From Promethearchaeota archaeon (lineage in GTDB: Archaea > Asgardarchaeota > Lokiarchaeia > Sigyniarchaeales > SOKP01): DNA of 64,000 nucleotides. Shown piece by piece: positions 19,492-29,465 of the stretch. The first letter of the stretch is position 1. Every line of letters begins with the position of its first letter. The stretch is taken from assembly GCA_019058445.1 (NCBI GenBank), contig JAHPZA010000010.1:544001-608000 (forward strand). The letters run 5' to 3'. The notes beneath the pieces are model-generated. The model searched no databases. It had not been told where the DNA came from and saw only the letters and a list, made by a program, of their open reading frames with translations. Position numbers and translations under genes: made by a program.

Positions 19492-20716
19492 AGTAATCTG
19501 AATCAAAGTTAGGATATATTTTTTTTCTACGTCCCTCCTTTTTTATGATGACTAATTTAAGATCAATTAACTTCTTTATATGGTAATGAATAGTTTTATG
19601 ATCTACTTTTTTTCTCTTGGTAATTACGCTATTCCAGATACCTGGCTCTTTTTCAATCATTTCTAATATATCTAAGGTTAATTTACTTTTACTTAATTTT
19701 AAGTCTAAATTTGAGATTGGATTTTTTTGATAGTAGGGGAAATATGCAATATAATTTCCGATTCTCTTTTTTCCAATGACCTTATATGTTTCTAAAATAT
19801 CCAGATGCCATACGAGATTTCCTGGTGCGAGTTCTGACTTACGCAGCAACTCATTAAAGTGAATTCCAGGCTCATCTAATATCAGATCAATAATTTTATT
19901 TCTATTTTCATTTTCTAATACCTCTTCTAGGGTTAACCGATGAGCTCCTTTCTGAATTGAGGTAGATCTTGTTCTTAAATATTGAAAATAATCTTTTTTG
20001 GATATAATAACAACAACTGATAAAATAGCGAAAGCAAGAATAATAGAACTGATAATCAAAATGTATGAAAAATAACTTACTTCATAAATAGTAATATAAT
20101 ACTCTGTATCCTTGTCAAGTTCCGATATTGAGCTTTTTAGATAAATTTCTGAATTATCAGATACCTCTTCTGTTTCCAATAATTCCCAAGAATCATCATC
20201 TTCCTCATATAGAGCAATAGAATATTCAGTATATGTATTCAATCCATATTCTGAATCTTTTTTAAAAGTTATTTTTATTTTATCAATTGAACTGTTTGAT
20301 TTTATGCGATAAATGCATCTATATTCAGATCTTAATTGAATTGATCCTTGTTGTGGAGCATTAGGATTTTTTGAGTATCCAAAATTTTCCATACTTCTTT
20401 CAACTTTTATATCAAGTGAGATTGGATTGTCATTTTTTATATCCATGGAAACCTCACGATTTTCAATTCTTTCATTATATTTAATCTTAAGTTCTGTAAA
20501 GACTTCTGTGTCAATTTCAAAATGAATATTGTTCGAGAAATGATAAGAAACGCTTTCATCTCCCTTTATTTCTGTTTTTTTTGAAAATCCTGAAACGTCT
20601 TTATCTTTTTTAGCAATTCCATAAACTATAAATAAATTAAATTCAAGAAGAAAGAAAATTAAAAGTAATAAGGAAAAATTTCGTCTATTTAGTTTATTAA
20701 GAAATTTATATTTCAA
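19466..20716 (-). CDS. Membrane-anchored transcriptional regulator: signal/anchor, beta-rich ectodomain, TM, two winged-helix domains
   Basis: ENENRNKIIDLILDEPGIHFNEL...LVWHLDILE and ILEMIEKEPGIW...TIHYHIKKL after TM YILIISSIILAFAILSVVVII. Confidence 0.85.
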   Translation of the reverse strand: MKYKFLNKLNRRNFSLLLLIFFLLEFNLFIVYGIAKKDKDVSGFSKKTEIKGDESVSYHFSNNIHFEIDTEVFTELKIKYNERIENREVSMDIKNDNPISLDIKVERSMENFGYSKNPNAPQQGSIQLRSEYRCIYRIKSNSSIDKIKITFKKDSEYGLNTYTEYSIALYEEDDDSWELLETEEVSDNSEIYLKSSISELDKDTEYYITIYEVSYFSYILIISSIILAFAILSVVVIISKKDYFQYLRTRSTSIQKGAHRLTLEEVLENENRNKIIDLILDEPGIHFNELLRKSELAPGNLVWHLDILETYKVIGKKRIGNYIAYFPYYQKNPISNLDLKLSKSKLTLDILEMIEKEPGIWNSVITKRKKVDHKTIHYHIKKLIDLKLVIIKKEGRRKKIYPNFDSDYFKSSLTID

Positions 20717-20789
20717 ATATTTTCAATCTCATTCGTTTTTCATTGAACATTTTAAAAAAAAAAAATTAAAATTATAATTTTATTATTCT

Positions 20790-21488
20790 TTATTTCCTTC
20801 TCTTTATAAATAATATTGCGATTCCTGCTAGAACTATTGCTCCGATTATAGATCCAATAATTAATAATAGAGTATAGTCAAATTCTGGTACTAATATTGT
20901 CCATGTCGAAAAGTGATCTGTTTCACATTCTAAATATCCATTTTTAGATGTGGTTTCAACGGTAACCCATTCTTCATTTTTCTTATCATAATAAGCCCAT
21001 GTGCCTCCTCTGTTTTCTTCATTTTCCTCTATTCTAAGCTTTGCTTCAATATCATCTTCACTAGAATCTATATCTACTACAAATCCTTCTTGATATCTAT
21101 ATCGATTTCGATTTCTTGCTGTATAAATGTTTCCTTTTTGAAGCCCAATACTATTCTGCTCTTCTCTACATTTCATTGTTAAATTTAGTTTATCATCTGA
21201 TTCTATTTCGATTTCAAAATCTTTATCCCCAATTTTTTTAGCATCACAATCAATAGAACAATTAGCTTTTTCATTACTTTCTACTGTTATTCTCGTTCTC
21301 TCCCTAAATCGAAATCTTACTCGTTCATTAGCACGAAGTTGTTCTTGAACATGATCGCTATCATCAATGTTGATTTTTTCATCATCACTAGCAGCATTGA
21401 CGGGAGTAGAGTTGTAGACCATAATCATTGAAAAGAGCATTGATAAAACCAAGAAAGAAAACACGATTTTTTTAGAATTTTTTTTCAT
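20790..21488 (-). CDS. Type I membrane protein with beta-rich ectodomain ending in a GPS/GAIN-like HFS motif
   Basis: AAGGTG SD before ATG 21488; signal peptide ending PVNA|A; WAYYD...W...CETDHFSTWTIL, then TM and KRRK. Confidence 0.75.
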   Translation of the reverse strand: MKKNSKKIVFSFLVLSMLFSMIMVYNSTPVNAASDDEKINIDDSDHVQEQLRANERVRFRFRERTRITVESNEKANCSIDCDAKKIGDKDFEIEIESDDKLNLTMKCREEQNSIGLQKGNIYTARNRNRYRYQEGFVVDIDSSEDDIEAKLRIEENEENRGGTWAYYDKKNEEWVTVETTSKNGYLECETDHFSTWTILVPEFDYTLLLIIGSIIGAIVLAGIAILFIKRRK

Positions 21489-21724
21489 AAATTTTAACAC
21501 CTTAATTAAATAATGAAATAGAATAATATTCATTTAAAAAGGATTAAGGAACACTTTTCCCCATATATTAATCTTTTTATTGAGTGAGAAGAACAATTAA
21601 AACAAACTTTGATTATCAAATCCAAGAAATAAGCTTATGTTTAATTTAACAAATTTATATCATATCTTTTTATAATTTTATTAATTACCTATTTTACTAA
21701 TTTTCACTGATATCATCTCTAAGC

Positions 21725-23149
21725 ATGACAGAAAAGAATTCTAATTTTCATGATAGCATACCCCAAAAAGAACTAAGAATATTATCGACAAGCAAAGCAA
21801 TAATTTATACATTACCAAATATGGGCTTAACTGCATTGTTGGCAATAATTGTATTCTTTACGTTTTTATTTTACATTAATATCATGGGGCAGCCTCCATT
21901 AATCATTGGTGCTATTTTTTCTGCCACTATCTTCGTTTATGCTGTATTCTGTCCGATTTGGGGGGTAGTAGCTGATAAAATAGGAAAGAAAAAGTTACTC
22001 TTATTTTCAGGTCCTATCCTTGCCATAAGTTTTATTTTCATTTGGACTCCGCCTATCCCTACTGGCGCATATGGTGAACTGTATTTACCTCTTATACTCT
22101 GGTTGATATTCTTTGGTTTCACATTTAGAATAATGATCGCGGCATTTCAACCAATAATTTATTCTTTACTTCCAGAATTGAGCACAGAAGAGCAGAACCG
22201 AGTCAAGATCTCAATGATAAATATGATAATGATCATTATAGGAACTGTTATAGGAACGATTGGACCTATAATTTTAATGGGAGATGTTACTAAAAATCTT
22301 TCAAGAGAAGACCCTAAACTTTATTATCCTATTTCCTTAATTGGTAAGATAATATTTACTCAAATATTCTTCTTCGCAACATTAATAAGTATAATATTTT
22401 GTATTTGTCTTATTTTAATGCTATTATTCATAAAAGAGCCCCCCAAACAAACAGTTACGAAGCTTTCATTTAAAGAAATGGTTAATGATTTACTAGGTCC
22501 GTTTAAGGATAAAAATTACGGATTATTTTTGATTGTATTTTATTTATTTTGGATCCCTTTAGTGTCCTTTCAATTTTTAGTTTTAAATTTAGCCACATTT
22601 GTAATCTCCATGAGAGGAAATGAATTTATATTAATGGCTATAGTGGTAATCATGTTTGCAGCAGTGTCATTTATAGCATGGAAGAATCTCTCTGAAAAAT
22701 ATGGTTTGAAAGAAACACTTTCAATTTGTCTTATTTTCTCGATATTTTCTTTTATACTTTTTTCGTTATTGCTAGTACCTATGCCAGGTGAAGTGGGTAT
22801 AATTGTAGGGATTTTATTAATTTCACTAAGTTTTTGCAGTTCTGTAGGAATAATGGTATTTCCTTTTGCAATAATGAGTGATCTTATTGATAACGCCGAA
22901 ATAAAAACAGGAAAAAATTTAAGCGGATCCTATTCAGGTGCTTTTATCATGATGGGATCTTTAGCCTCTGCAAGCTCAGTGTTAATTATTTCAGTAAATC
23001 TCGAATTATATGGACCAGAAGCTGCACTTGGATATATTATAATTTTGTCTATTATTGGTCCCATCCTATTATTTGCCGCTTTACTAATTTTTCAAAAAGT
23101 TCAGGTTAAAGGCACACGTAAATTAGTAAAAAAATCAAATGAATACTAA
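21725..23149 (+). CDS. MFS transporter (GPH/MelB-like)
   Basis: About 12 TMs; GVVADKIGKK, SLLPELSTEEQNR, MSDLID...GSYSG. Confidence 0.88.
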   Translation: MTEKNSNFHDSIPQKELRILSTSKAIIYTLPNMGLTALLAIIVFFTFLFYINIMGQPPLIIGAIFSATIFVYAVFCPIWGVVADKIGKKKLLLFSGPILAISFIFIWTPPIPTGAYGELYLPLILWLIFFGFTFRIMIAAFQPIIYSLLPELSTEEQNRVKISMINMIMIIIGTVIGTIGPIILMGDVTKNLSREDPKLYYPISLIGKIIFTQIFFFATLISIIFCICLILMLLFIKEPPKQTVTKLSFKEMVNDLLGPFKDKNYGLFLIVFYLFWIPLVSFQFLVLNLATFVISMRGNEFILMAIVVIMFAAVSFIAWKNLSEKYGLKETLSICLIFSIFSFILFSLLLVPMPGEVGIIVGILLISLSFCSSVGIMVFPFAIMSDLIDNAEIKTGKNLSGSYSGAFIMMGSLASASSVLIISVNLELYGPEAALGYIIILSIIGPILLFAALLIFQKVQVKGTRKLVKKSNEY

Positions 23150-23313
23150 AAAATTGATTTTATTTTTCTATATGTAAAAGTTTTAAAAGCAAAATCATTA
23201 TAAAAATATTATTAAGTTCTTTAGAACAAAATATTAATAACCCAATTCTTATAAAATTTAATTTGAACTAGACTTCGAATTAATTTTAAAACTAACTATG
23301 GAGTAAAAAGAAT

Positions 23314-25569
23314 ATGTCATTAAAAGAATTCACCAAAGAAGTTTTCACTCGCTATGGCTTAACTGAAGATGATATAAAAGTTTATCTAATGTATTTAAGA
23401 ACTCCTAGAGCGACAATTTCTGAAGCGTATCTCTCGTTTGACGAAGGTGAAATTGAATATACTAGAGTAGAAGAAATAACTAATATGTTAGTAGAGAAAA
23501 ATTTCTTGAAACAGATAGAAGGTATTGTTAATAGATACTTACCTCTAGAACCTTATTTTGAATTATTTACTAACGAGTCAGAATTATTTAGAAATGAAAT
23601 TGCGAAAATTAAGGATAATGTTCTTGCTGATCAATCCAATAGATTTGATAAGCTCGAAGCAATTCAGAATAAAACTATTGAAGAAGTTGAGAATGCCGTT
23701 AGTTCTCAAGTTAAAGAGTTCTTCGAAGATTCTGACAGTAAAAATCAAAGTAAAAAGGAAAGAATTGATAGTGCAACTGCTCGATTTACTGAGACTTCTA
23801 AAGCATTGGAAGCAAATCTTCATAGTATAAATGACAATTTAAATGCAGAGCTAAAAAAAATCTCTCAATCATTTGTAAGCGATAATGAAACTGAAATAAA
23901 TCGGGCAAAGGATGATCTAACGAAATTAATTGCAGAGTTATTGAGTGATTTTTCTAATAGAATAAATGATTTAGAAAAAGAATTGAAAAAAGATTTAGAT
24001 GGTCATGTAGATAGACATCAAACTATCTCAAATGAACTTAAACCAAAAATGGAGCAGATTCTTGAGAAATACCTTGAACGTATGGATAAAGTTATTACCG
24101 ATCTTAAGAAAAGAATTTCGAATTTGCTTACTGAGCACACAAGTCATGTGAAAAGTACGACAGGTAAAGTTGAATCAGATATTCACATACAAGTGGATGA
24201 TAGGCATTTAAAGTTAAGAGAGCAGGTAAATACTTACCGAGATAGAGCATTAACGCTACTTGAGAATTTATTGAGCACATCCAATATGTTTAGCAACTTT
24301 TCCGAAGAAATGGCAAACCAAGGGATATTCTTTTTCAAAGGAAAGAGACAAAAATATGTTGACAGATGGAATCGAATAGAAAAAGAAGTTGCCTCAATAT
24401 CAACACCATTTAAAGATGATTATATTAATGATTGTAATGAATATATTAGAACTACACAAACTACCGTAGATGATTTAAAAACAGATATTACTAATGTTAT
24501 GGCAAAGGAAAATAGTTCACTTGCCACTGAAACTACAGATCTTGATAAAAAGGCACAGGACGAGATTAGCGCAGAATTAGAAGCGTTAGCAACAGATATG
24601 GCAGGTGAAATCGACAACACCTTACAAGGTGGAGTTAAAGATTGTAGTGATACCTCAATAAAATTAAAAGATTCTTTAGAAAATTCCTTAAAACAACATA
24701 ATAGACAATATGATGAGGCAATTAATAGACACAAGGATGACTCGTTAAAATCTTATGATAATTTCGATGGAGAAATTAAAACGAAGAATCAAAATTGGAC
24801 AAGCAATGTCGATGGCAAATTTTCTGAAGGAAAACAAGATAGTTCTGAAAAAATCGATGCTGAAATTACTCTTTGGAATGAAGAATCAGCGGATATGAAC
24901 CAGATGCTAGCAAACATGCTTGAAGATCATAAGAATAAATATAAAACTAATGCTGAAACCCTTCAAAATAGTTTATCAACTACTACTCGGGATAATATTC
25001 AAAACATAAAAGATGCAATTGCCGATTTCACCCTTCAATTTATGAACTCAATTGATGATTCGACGGAATTAGCTGAAACAAACGAAGATAAATTGAAAGA
25101 TATCCATACAGCTTCCAGTGCAATCCCTGAAATTAGTCAAGTCACAACATGGCACACGATAGGGCGAGATGCATTAATTGCCGCAATAAAAGACGCAATA
25201 TACAGAACAAAATCATCAGTTATAATAGTTACCCCCGTTGTAATACCAGAAATTTTGCAGATTTTATCTGAGTTCGCTTACCAAAGAAAAGCTGCTCGAT
25301 TCATGCTCACGAGTCACTGGGATATGCAAGCCTATGGTGATATCGTTAAAAAAATGATGCAATTAGGGAATATACAATTCCGCAATCTGACGTCTGCGGG
25401 AGAATATTTTGCACTTACACGTGACGCCGAGGAAGTCGTTCTTGCACCATATTCAGATAAAGACGCAGAGATTATTAGCATTGTAAGTAATCATCCTGCT
25501 TATGCAAGGTTATACAGTCAATTTATAGGGCCGATTTTTCAAGCGAATAGTCGCCCAATAAAGCTTTAG
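23314..25569 (+). CDS. TrmB-like wHTH, long coiled-coil insert, TrmB effector/PLD-like C-terminal domain
   Basis: N-terminal GLTEDDIKVYL...RYLPLEP; C-terminal WHTIGRDALIAAIKDAIYRTKSSVIIVTP; acidic helical segment of about 520 aa between. Confidence 0.75.
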   Translation: MSLKEFTKEVFTRYGLTEDDIKVYLMYLRTPRATISEAYLSFDEGEIEYTRVEEITNMLVEKNFLKQIEGIVNRYLPLEPYFELFTNESELFRNEIAKIKDNVLADQSNRFDKLEAIQNKTIEEVENAVSSQVKEFFEDSDSKNQSKKERIDSATARFTETSKALEANLHSINDNLNAELKKISQSFVSDNETEINRAKDDLTKLIAELLSDFSNRINDLEKELKKDLDGHVDRHQTISNELKPKMEQILEKYLERMDKVITDLKKRISNLLTEHTSHVKSTTGKVESDIHIQVDDRHLKLREQVNTYRDRALTLLENLLSTSNMFSNFSEEMANQGIFFFKGKRQKYVDRWNRIEKEVASISTPFKDDYINDCNEYIRTTQTTVDDLKTDITNVMAKENSSLATETTDLDKKAQDEISAELEALATDMAGEIDNTLQGGVKDCSDTSIKLKDSLENSLKQHNRQYDEAINRHKDDSLKSYDNFDGEIKTKNQNWTSNVDGKFSEGKQDSSEKIDAEITLWNEESADMNQMLANMLEDHKNKYKTNAETLQNSLSTTTRDNIQNIKDAIADFTLQFMNSIDDSTELAETNEDKLKDIHTASSAIPEISQVTTWHTIGRDALIAAIKDAIYRTKSSVIIVTPVVIPEILQILSEFAYQRKAARFMLTSHWDMQAYGDIVKKMMQLGNIQFRNLTSAGEYFALTRDAEEVVLAPYSDKDAEIISIVSNHPAYARLYSQFIGPIFQANSRPIKL

Positions 25570-25703
25570 AAGATTTTTTTTATAAACTAGAGTTTTTTTA
25601 TTTCTTTCTTTAATTTTTTAATGGAAATTAATCAAATTAAAATATACTCCAAAATATTCTGTTAAAATTTAAAACAAATAGAAAAAAAGAAATTTTAATT
25701 AAA

Positions 25704-26990
25704 TTAATCCCACTTTGGGCCTCCACTTTTTTCAATAGAATTATCGTCATCCTCAGTGTGAATTCTCTTTAAGTCGATATCTGCATATCCAGGCAAGGAA
25801 TTTAACAATAATCTCATAGCATTCTCTATATCTTTCGAGGATGTGATAAATCTACCCACAATGAGGATATCTGCTCCCATATCAAGCGCATATTTAGCAG
25901 AACGGTGGTCTATCCCACCTGCAACAGCTACCAATACACGATCTCGCCCTGAAGCTAATTTTTTATCTTTATATAACTCTTTAATTTTTGGGATATTTTG
26001 CCAAGCTAGCTTTTGTACATCATCTGTTCCTGAGGCTGCGGATTCAGCGTCGATTGCTCTATGAAGGATTACTACATTAGGAATTTGTTTTAACTTACTC
26101 AATTTCTCAACAGGATTATCTAATTCCATAGTATCTACAAATCCATAAATCCCCATTCGTTGGGCTTCCAATAAAAATTTATCAATTGAGGAAATAGAAG
26201 CAAGACCACTTGCAACTGCAGCATCTGCGGTTGCATCAAACGCGAAATCAACCTCCAATTTCCCTACATCAAGTGTTTTTAAATCGGCAACAATAAACTT
26301 TTCGGGTGCAAGTTCTCGAATTTTTTTGATTGCTTCTACACCATATTTCTTCAAGAATGGAGTACCAATTTCTAAAATGATTCTATCGCTTTTTGGAAGC
26401 TGTTTAACAACTTTCATATGGTGAGACAATTCAGGATGATCCAAAGCAACTTGAATATAAGGAGGTCTCCATAACCTCGGAATTCTCATACCCGCTACAG
26501 GGTGTTTTGCTCTATCTTTATCATAAAAGATTTTTTCGATTGGAGGATAACTCTTTAATGCCCTTGTAAGAGCTAATTTAACAGCACCATAGTTATACTG
26601 ATAGATTTTTCGATAATCGCTTGCTTCAGGGTGGATGAATACACTTACAATGACAAGCCAATCATCCAATTTATTCATAGGGATGATACCTTCTTCCACG
26701 GCATCTGCAATTCCCTTCGCAACGGCAGCTTGTGCAGGTCCAAAAATCTTATTAGCATCTTCCATCTTGGCGACTGTTACTTTCGGAATAATAAGAGTAT
26801 ACGGTTTAGGTACAAGATTAGGTCGTATACATGCTAAAAGACCTCCATGTCCCATGCTAGGTGAACTAATTGCGTTAGCAAAGGAAACCCCTATAGGTCC
26901 GTCCTTGGAACCTATTACTAAATCTAAGTGAGCAAGGTTTGGAGCCTCACCGATAAGTGCCTCACCCACATAATACTCTGCTTTCGCCAT
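25704..26990 (-). CDS. fae-hps: Bifunctional formaldehyde-activating enzyme / 3-hexulose-6-phosphate synthase
   Basis: VGEALIG..AHLDLVIG, FGPAQAAVAK, VSVFIHP (Fae); QVALD, EIGTP, VADLKTLD, HRAIDAE, VAGGI (Hps). Confidence 0.93.
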   Translation of the reverse strand: MAKAEYYVGEALIGEAPNLAHLDLVIGSKDGPIGVSFANAISSPSMGHGGLLACIRPNLVPKPYTLIIPKVTVAKMEDANKIFGPAQAAVAKGIADAVEEGIIPMNKLDDWLVIVSVFIHPEASDYRKIYQYNYGAVKLALTRALKSYPPIEKIFYDKDRAKHPVAGMRIPRLWRPPYIQVALDHPELSHHMKVVKQLPKSDRIILEIGTPFLKKYGVEAIKKIRELAPEKFIVADLKTLDVGKLEVDFAFDATADAAVASGLASISSIDKFLLEAQRMGIYGFVDTMELDNPVEKLSKLKQIPNVVILHRAIDAESAASGTDDVQKLAWQNIPKIKELYKDKKLASGRDRVLVAVAGGIDHRSAKYALDMGADILIVGRFITSSKDIENAMRLLLNSLPGYADIDLKRIHTEDDDNSIEKSGGPKWD

Positions 26991-27206
26991 TTTTAATCTT
27001 GTTTTTATTTTATTTTCTATAATTTAATTAATTCTTGTGGTATTTCATATTTTTTAATGCTTATATTTTGCAGATAATATTTTAAAAACTCTTTCTACAT
27101 GTAATTAAAGAAAATACTCATTATTAAAATTACCATACAATATATTAATTTCCTGTTATTAATAAAGGAGATCTTCAAAATAAGAAAGAAAATTTATTAA
27201 ATTCTT

Positions 27207-28043
27207 TTAGGCGTCTTTTTGATCTTGAATTAAATTTTGGTTTTTTACTTCTTCTGGTAAGTCTTCAGGTATCTTAAAAGCAGATTCCACATTAGATATA
27301 TCTCTGGCTTTAGCGAACCTCTCATCTGAAAATATCGGAATCTTTAACTTAAGGATTGGAATTTTAGCTTTATCCTTTTCATGGATATATAATTCAATTC
27401 CTTGAATTTGTCTATCATTAATAATTATTCGTGTAGAATAATCATAATCACTAAAAAAAGTAAAACCCCTATTGAGAATGCCCATCTTTACAGGTTTTTT
27501 GACAGTCTTTTCTTCTTGAACAAATGATTCTACGAAATCTTCTTCAGTATATACATTTCCGCTAATTAAAAAGAATTTACGTTCATAGTTCTCTGGAGGT
27601 GGAATGTCGTTAATATAATCAATCGCTTTATTAATATCAATATTAGTGGCGACAGTTATATCTAATCTCGCGCTGGAACCATACGTTTGCTCCATAAAAT
27701 CCTTTTTGTCAAATGGTTTTGCAATGCCCCCTCCTAATGATTTTTCCATTGCACCTTGGTATTTTTTATCTTCTTTAGAATAAGCATTTAAGGATTGTAC
27801 TCGGTAAAATAGTCGAAGTTGCTGTCTCATCTTTCTTGCTAAGATTCCCCCATAAATTTGCAATTTAAAAGAACTCTTTTGGCCATTCCATATAAAGATA
27901 GTTTTAGAATCGTGATCAATAGCTAAGAAGACTTTGTCTTTATTATCACTATTTAGAATGTCTTTTACAATTTCTCCCTCTACAATTTCCTCAATAGCCA
28001 TATGAGGAAATTCTTTTAATTCAAGAACTTCGAATACTTGCAT
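27207..28043 (-). CDS. Asgard gelsolin-like protein (single gelsolin domain plus C-terminal domain, 1DGelX-like)
   Basis: LNSDNKDKVFLAIDHDSKTIFIWNGQKSS followed by a long helix resembles the gelsolin LNSxDxFILD..IxxWxG repeat. Confidence 0.62.
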   Translation of the reverse strand: MQVFEVLELKEFPHMAIEEIVEGEIVKDILNSDNKDKVFLAIDHDSKTIFIWNGQKSSFKLQIYGGILARKMRQQLRLFYRVQSLNAYSKEDKKYQGAMEKSLGGGIAKPFDKKDFMEQTYGSSARLDITVATNIDINKAIDYINDIPPPENYERKFFLISGNVYTEEDFVESFVQEEKTVKKPVKMGILNRGFTFFSDYDYSTRIIINDRQIQGIELYIHEKDKAKIPILKLKIPIFSDERFAKARDISNVESAFKIPEDLPEEVKNQNLIQDQKDA

Positions 28044-28206
28044 AGCTTTGTCGGTAACTTATATATAATTTTATTTATTAATTTTCTCTAAAATAAATTT
28101 TGCCATTTTTTTTATATTTATTCCGTAGAAAAGGAAAAAAGTATTCAAGATCGATAAAATATTTAAGTTTTAAGACATTTAATATCTCAATTTTCCTTTT
28201 GTAAAT

Positions 28207-28623
28207 TTGATAAACATGAGTTCTGAGAAAAGAATATACAAGTTGAATATATCTGGAGGCACCTCTGGACCGGGAAAGGGCTTGTCTAAACTCATAGAGA
28301 TTGATGAGAAGAAATTTCGCTTCGAAGGTATGAAAATAGGTGATATGATAAAAGGAGGGCTTATAGGATTTCCAAATTACGAATTCCAAATTACCGGTGG
28401 GAGTGATTCGTCTGGATTTCCAATGCGCAAGGATGTTCATGGTCCCGTTAAGAAAAAGATACTGGTATCAAAAAGGGGAATTGGATATAAGCCAACGAGA
28501 AAAGGGCAGAAAAGGCGTAAAACGGTTAGAGGAAATGAAGTAACCTATGATATGACCTTGATTAACCTTTTAGTTACTAAATATGGAGAAGTTGAGCTCT
28601 TTAAAACGAAAGAGGAAGGGTAA
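28207..28623 (+). CDS. rps6e: 30S ribosomal protein S6e (eS6); start may be ATG 28216
   Basis: YEFQITGGSDSSGFPMRKDV, RRKTVRG. Confidence 0.96.
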   Translation: MINMSSEKRIYKLNISGGTSGPGKGLSKLIEIDEKKFRFEGMKIGDMIKGGLIGFPNYEFQITGGSDSSGFPMRKDVHGPVKKKILVSKRGIGYKPTRKGQKRRKTVRGNEVTYDMTLINLLVTKYGEVELFKTKEEG

Positions 28624-28674
28624 AATTAGAAATCAACAATTAATAAATAATTGACTCAAACAGGTGATTATTCG

Positions 28675-28857
28675 ATGGTAAAAGTGAAAAAATGTAGTTT
28701 CTGTGGATATGATATACCAATTGGACGTGGTCTTATGTTTGTAAGGAGAGACGGAACTATTTTTAATTTCTGTACAAATAAATGTAGAAAAGCGATGTTA
28801 AAATATAAAAAGAATCCAAGAAAAACTCGTTGGACTACGTTTTATGGTAAAGAATAA
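28675..28857 (+). CDS. rpl24e: 50S ribosomal protein L24e (eL24)
   Basis: CSFCGYDIPIGRGLMFVRRDG..FCTNKC, NPRKTRWT; AGGTGA SD before ATG 28675. Confidence 0.96.
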   Translation: MVKVKKCSFCGYDIPIGRGLMFVRRDGTIFNFCTNKCRKAMLKYKKNPRKTRWTTFYGKE

Positions 28858-28934
28858 TATAATCTAATTTTATGATAAGTTAATCTAAGAGAAAATAATT
28901 ATACGTTAGTTTTATTTCGTTCAAAGCTCTTTTG

Positions 28935-29465
28935 TTATTCTGTTTCTCGGGGTAATTGTAATCCTTTTATACAAGCCCCAATTATTGATAAGGAGGATCC
29001 TAATATTATTCCAATAACTCCAAATCCAAAAGTGTTATACGCCCAAAATCTATATGTTGTAGTAGTGGTAGTTCTTAATGATTCATCTTTCTCAATAGTA
29101 GTTATAGAATATGTTATTAAATAATGAATTGAAAACGCCCAAAAGACGATTACCACAATTATTAAAAATCCCATTAGAAACCATATTCTTTCAACAAACT
29201 CGATTTCATTTTCAGAGCGTCTAAAGTTTAGTGCGGTTATAATAATTCTTAAGGCACAAAGCGAGATTACTATTGTACAAATAATTGAAATAATTAGTGC
29301 TGTGATATTGCTCATTAAAGAGAATGAACCATGAAAAGATAAACCCCATATCCAAATAGTTTCTGTATCTTTTAGAGGTACTGACGCAGGTGTTAAAAAG
29401 GAGATAAAAATTAAAAATCCTCCTATAAGAGGAAATAGCCAAGAAGATTCCTTTAATTTACTGAT
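28935..29465 (-). CDS. Hypothetical 4-TM membrane protein, extended 50 codons upstream of the ORF-track ATG to an ATC codon
   Basis: Frame open from ATC 29465 (ISKLKESSWLFPLIGGFLIFISFLTPAS...IWIWGL) into ATG 29315; GAGGT immediately upstream. Confidence 0.6.
   Translation of the reverse strand: MSKLKESSWLFPLIGGFLIFISFLTPASVPLKDTETIWIWGLSFHGSFSLMSNITALIISIICTIVISLCALRIIITALNFRRSENEIEFVERIWFLMGFLIIVVIVFWAFSIHYLITYSITTIEKDESLRTTTTTTYRFWAYNTFGFGVIGIILGSSLSIIGACIKGLQLPRETE

Noticed and set aside
20530-20550. A second HFS (SYHFSNN) in the wHTH regulator as a cleavage site
   Set aside because: It lies at the start of the ectodomain, aligns with RFRFRER of the paralog and is far from the TM, so it is not at the GPS-equivalent position.
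23314-25569. Calling the coiled-coil protein SMC/Rad50
   Set aside because: No Walker A/B, ABC signature or zinc-hook CxxC; the termini are TrmB-like.
25704-26990. fae-hps fusion as a novelty
   Set aside because: This fusion is well known in archaea (H4MPT and RuMP formaldehyde metabolism).
28078-28440. 120-aa minus-strand ORF
   Set aside because: Antisense shadow of rps6e with no motif.
29221-29442. 73-aa minus-strand ORF
   Set aside because: Alternative frame over the membrane gene; the ATC-extended frame gives a coherent TM protein.
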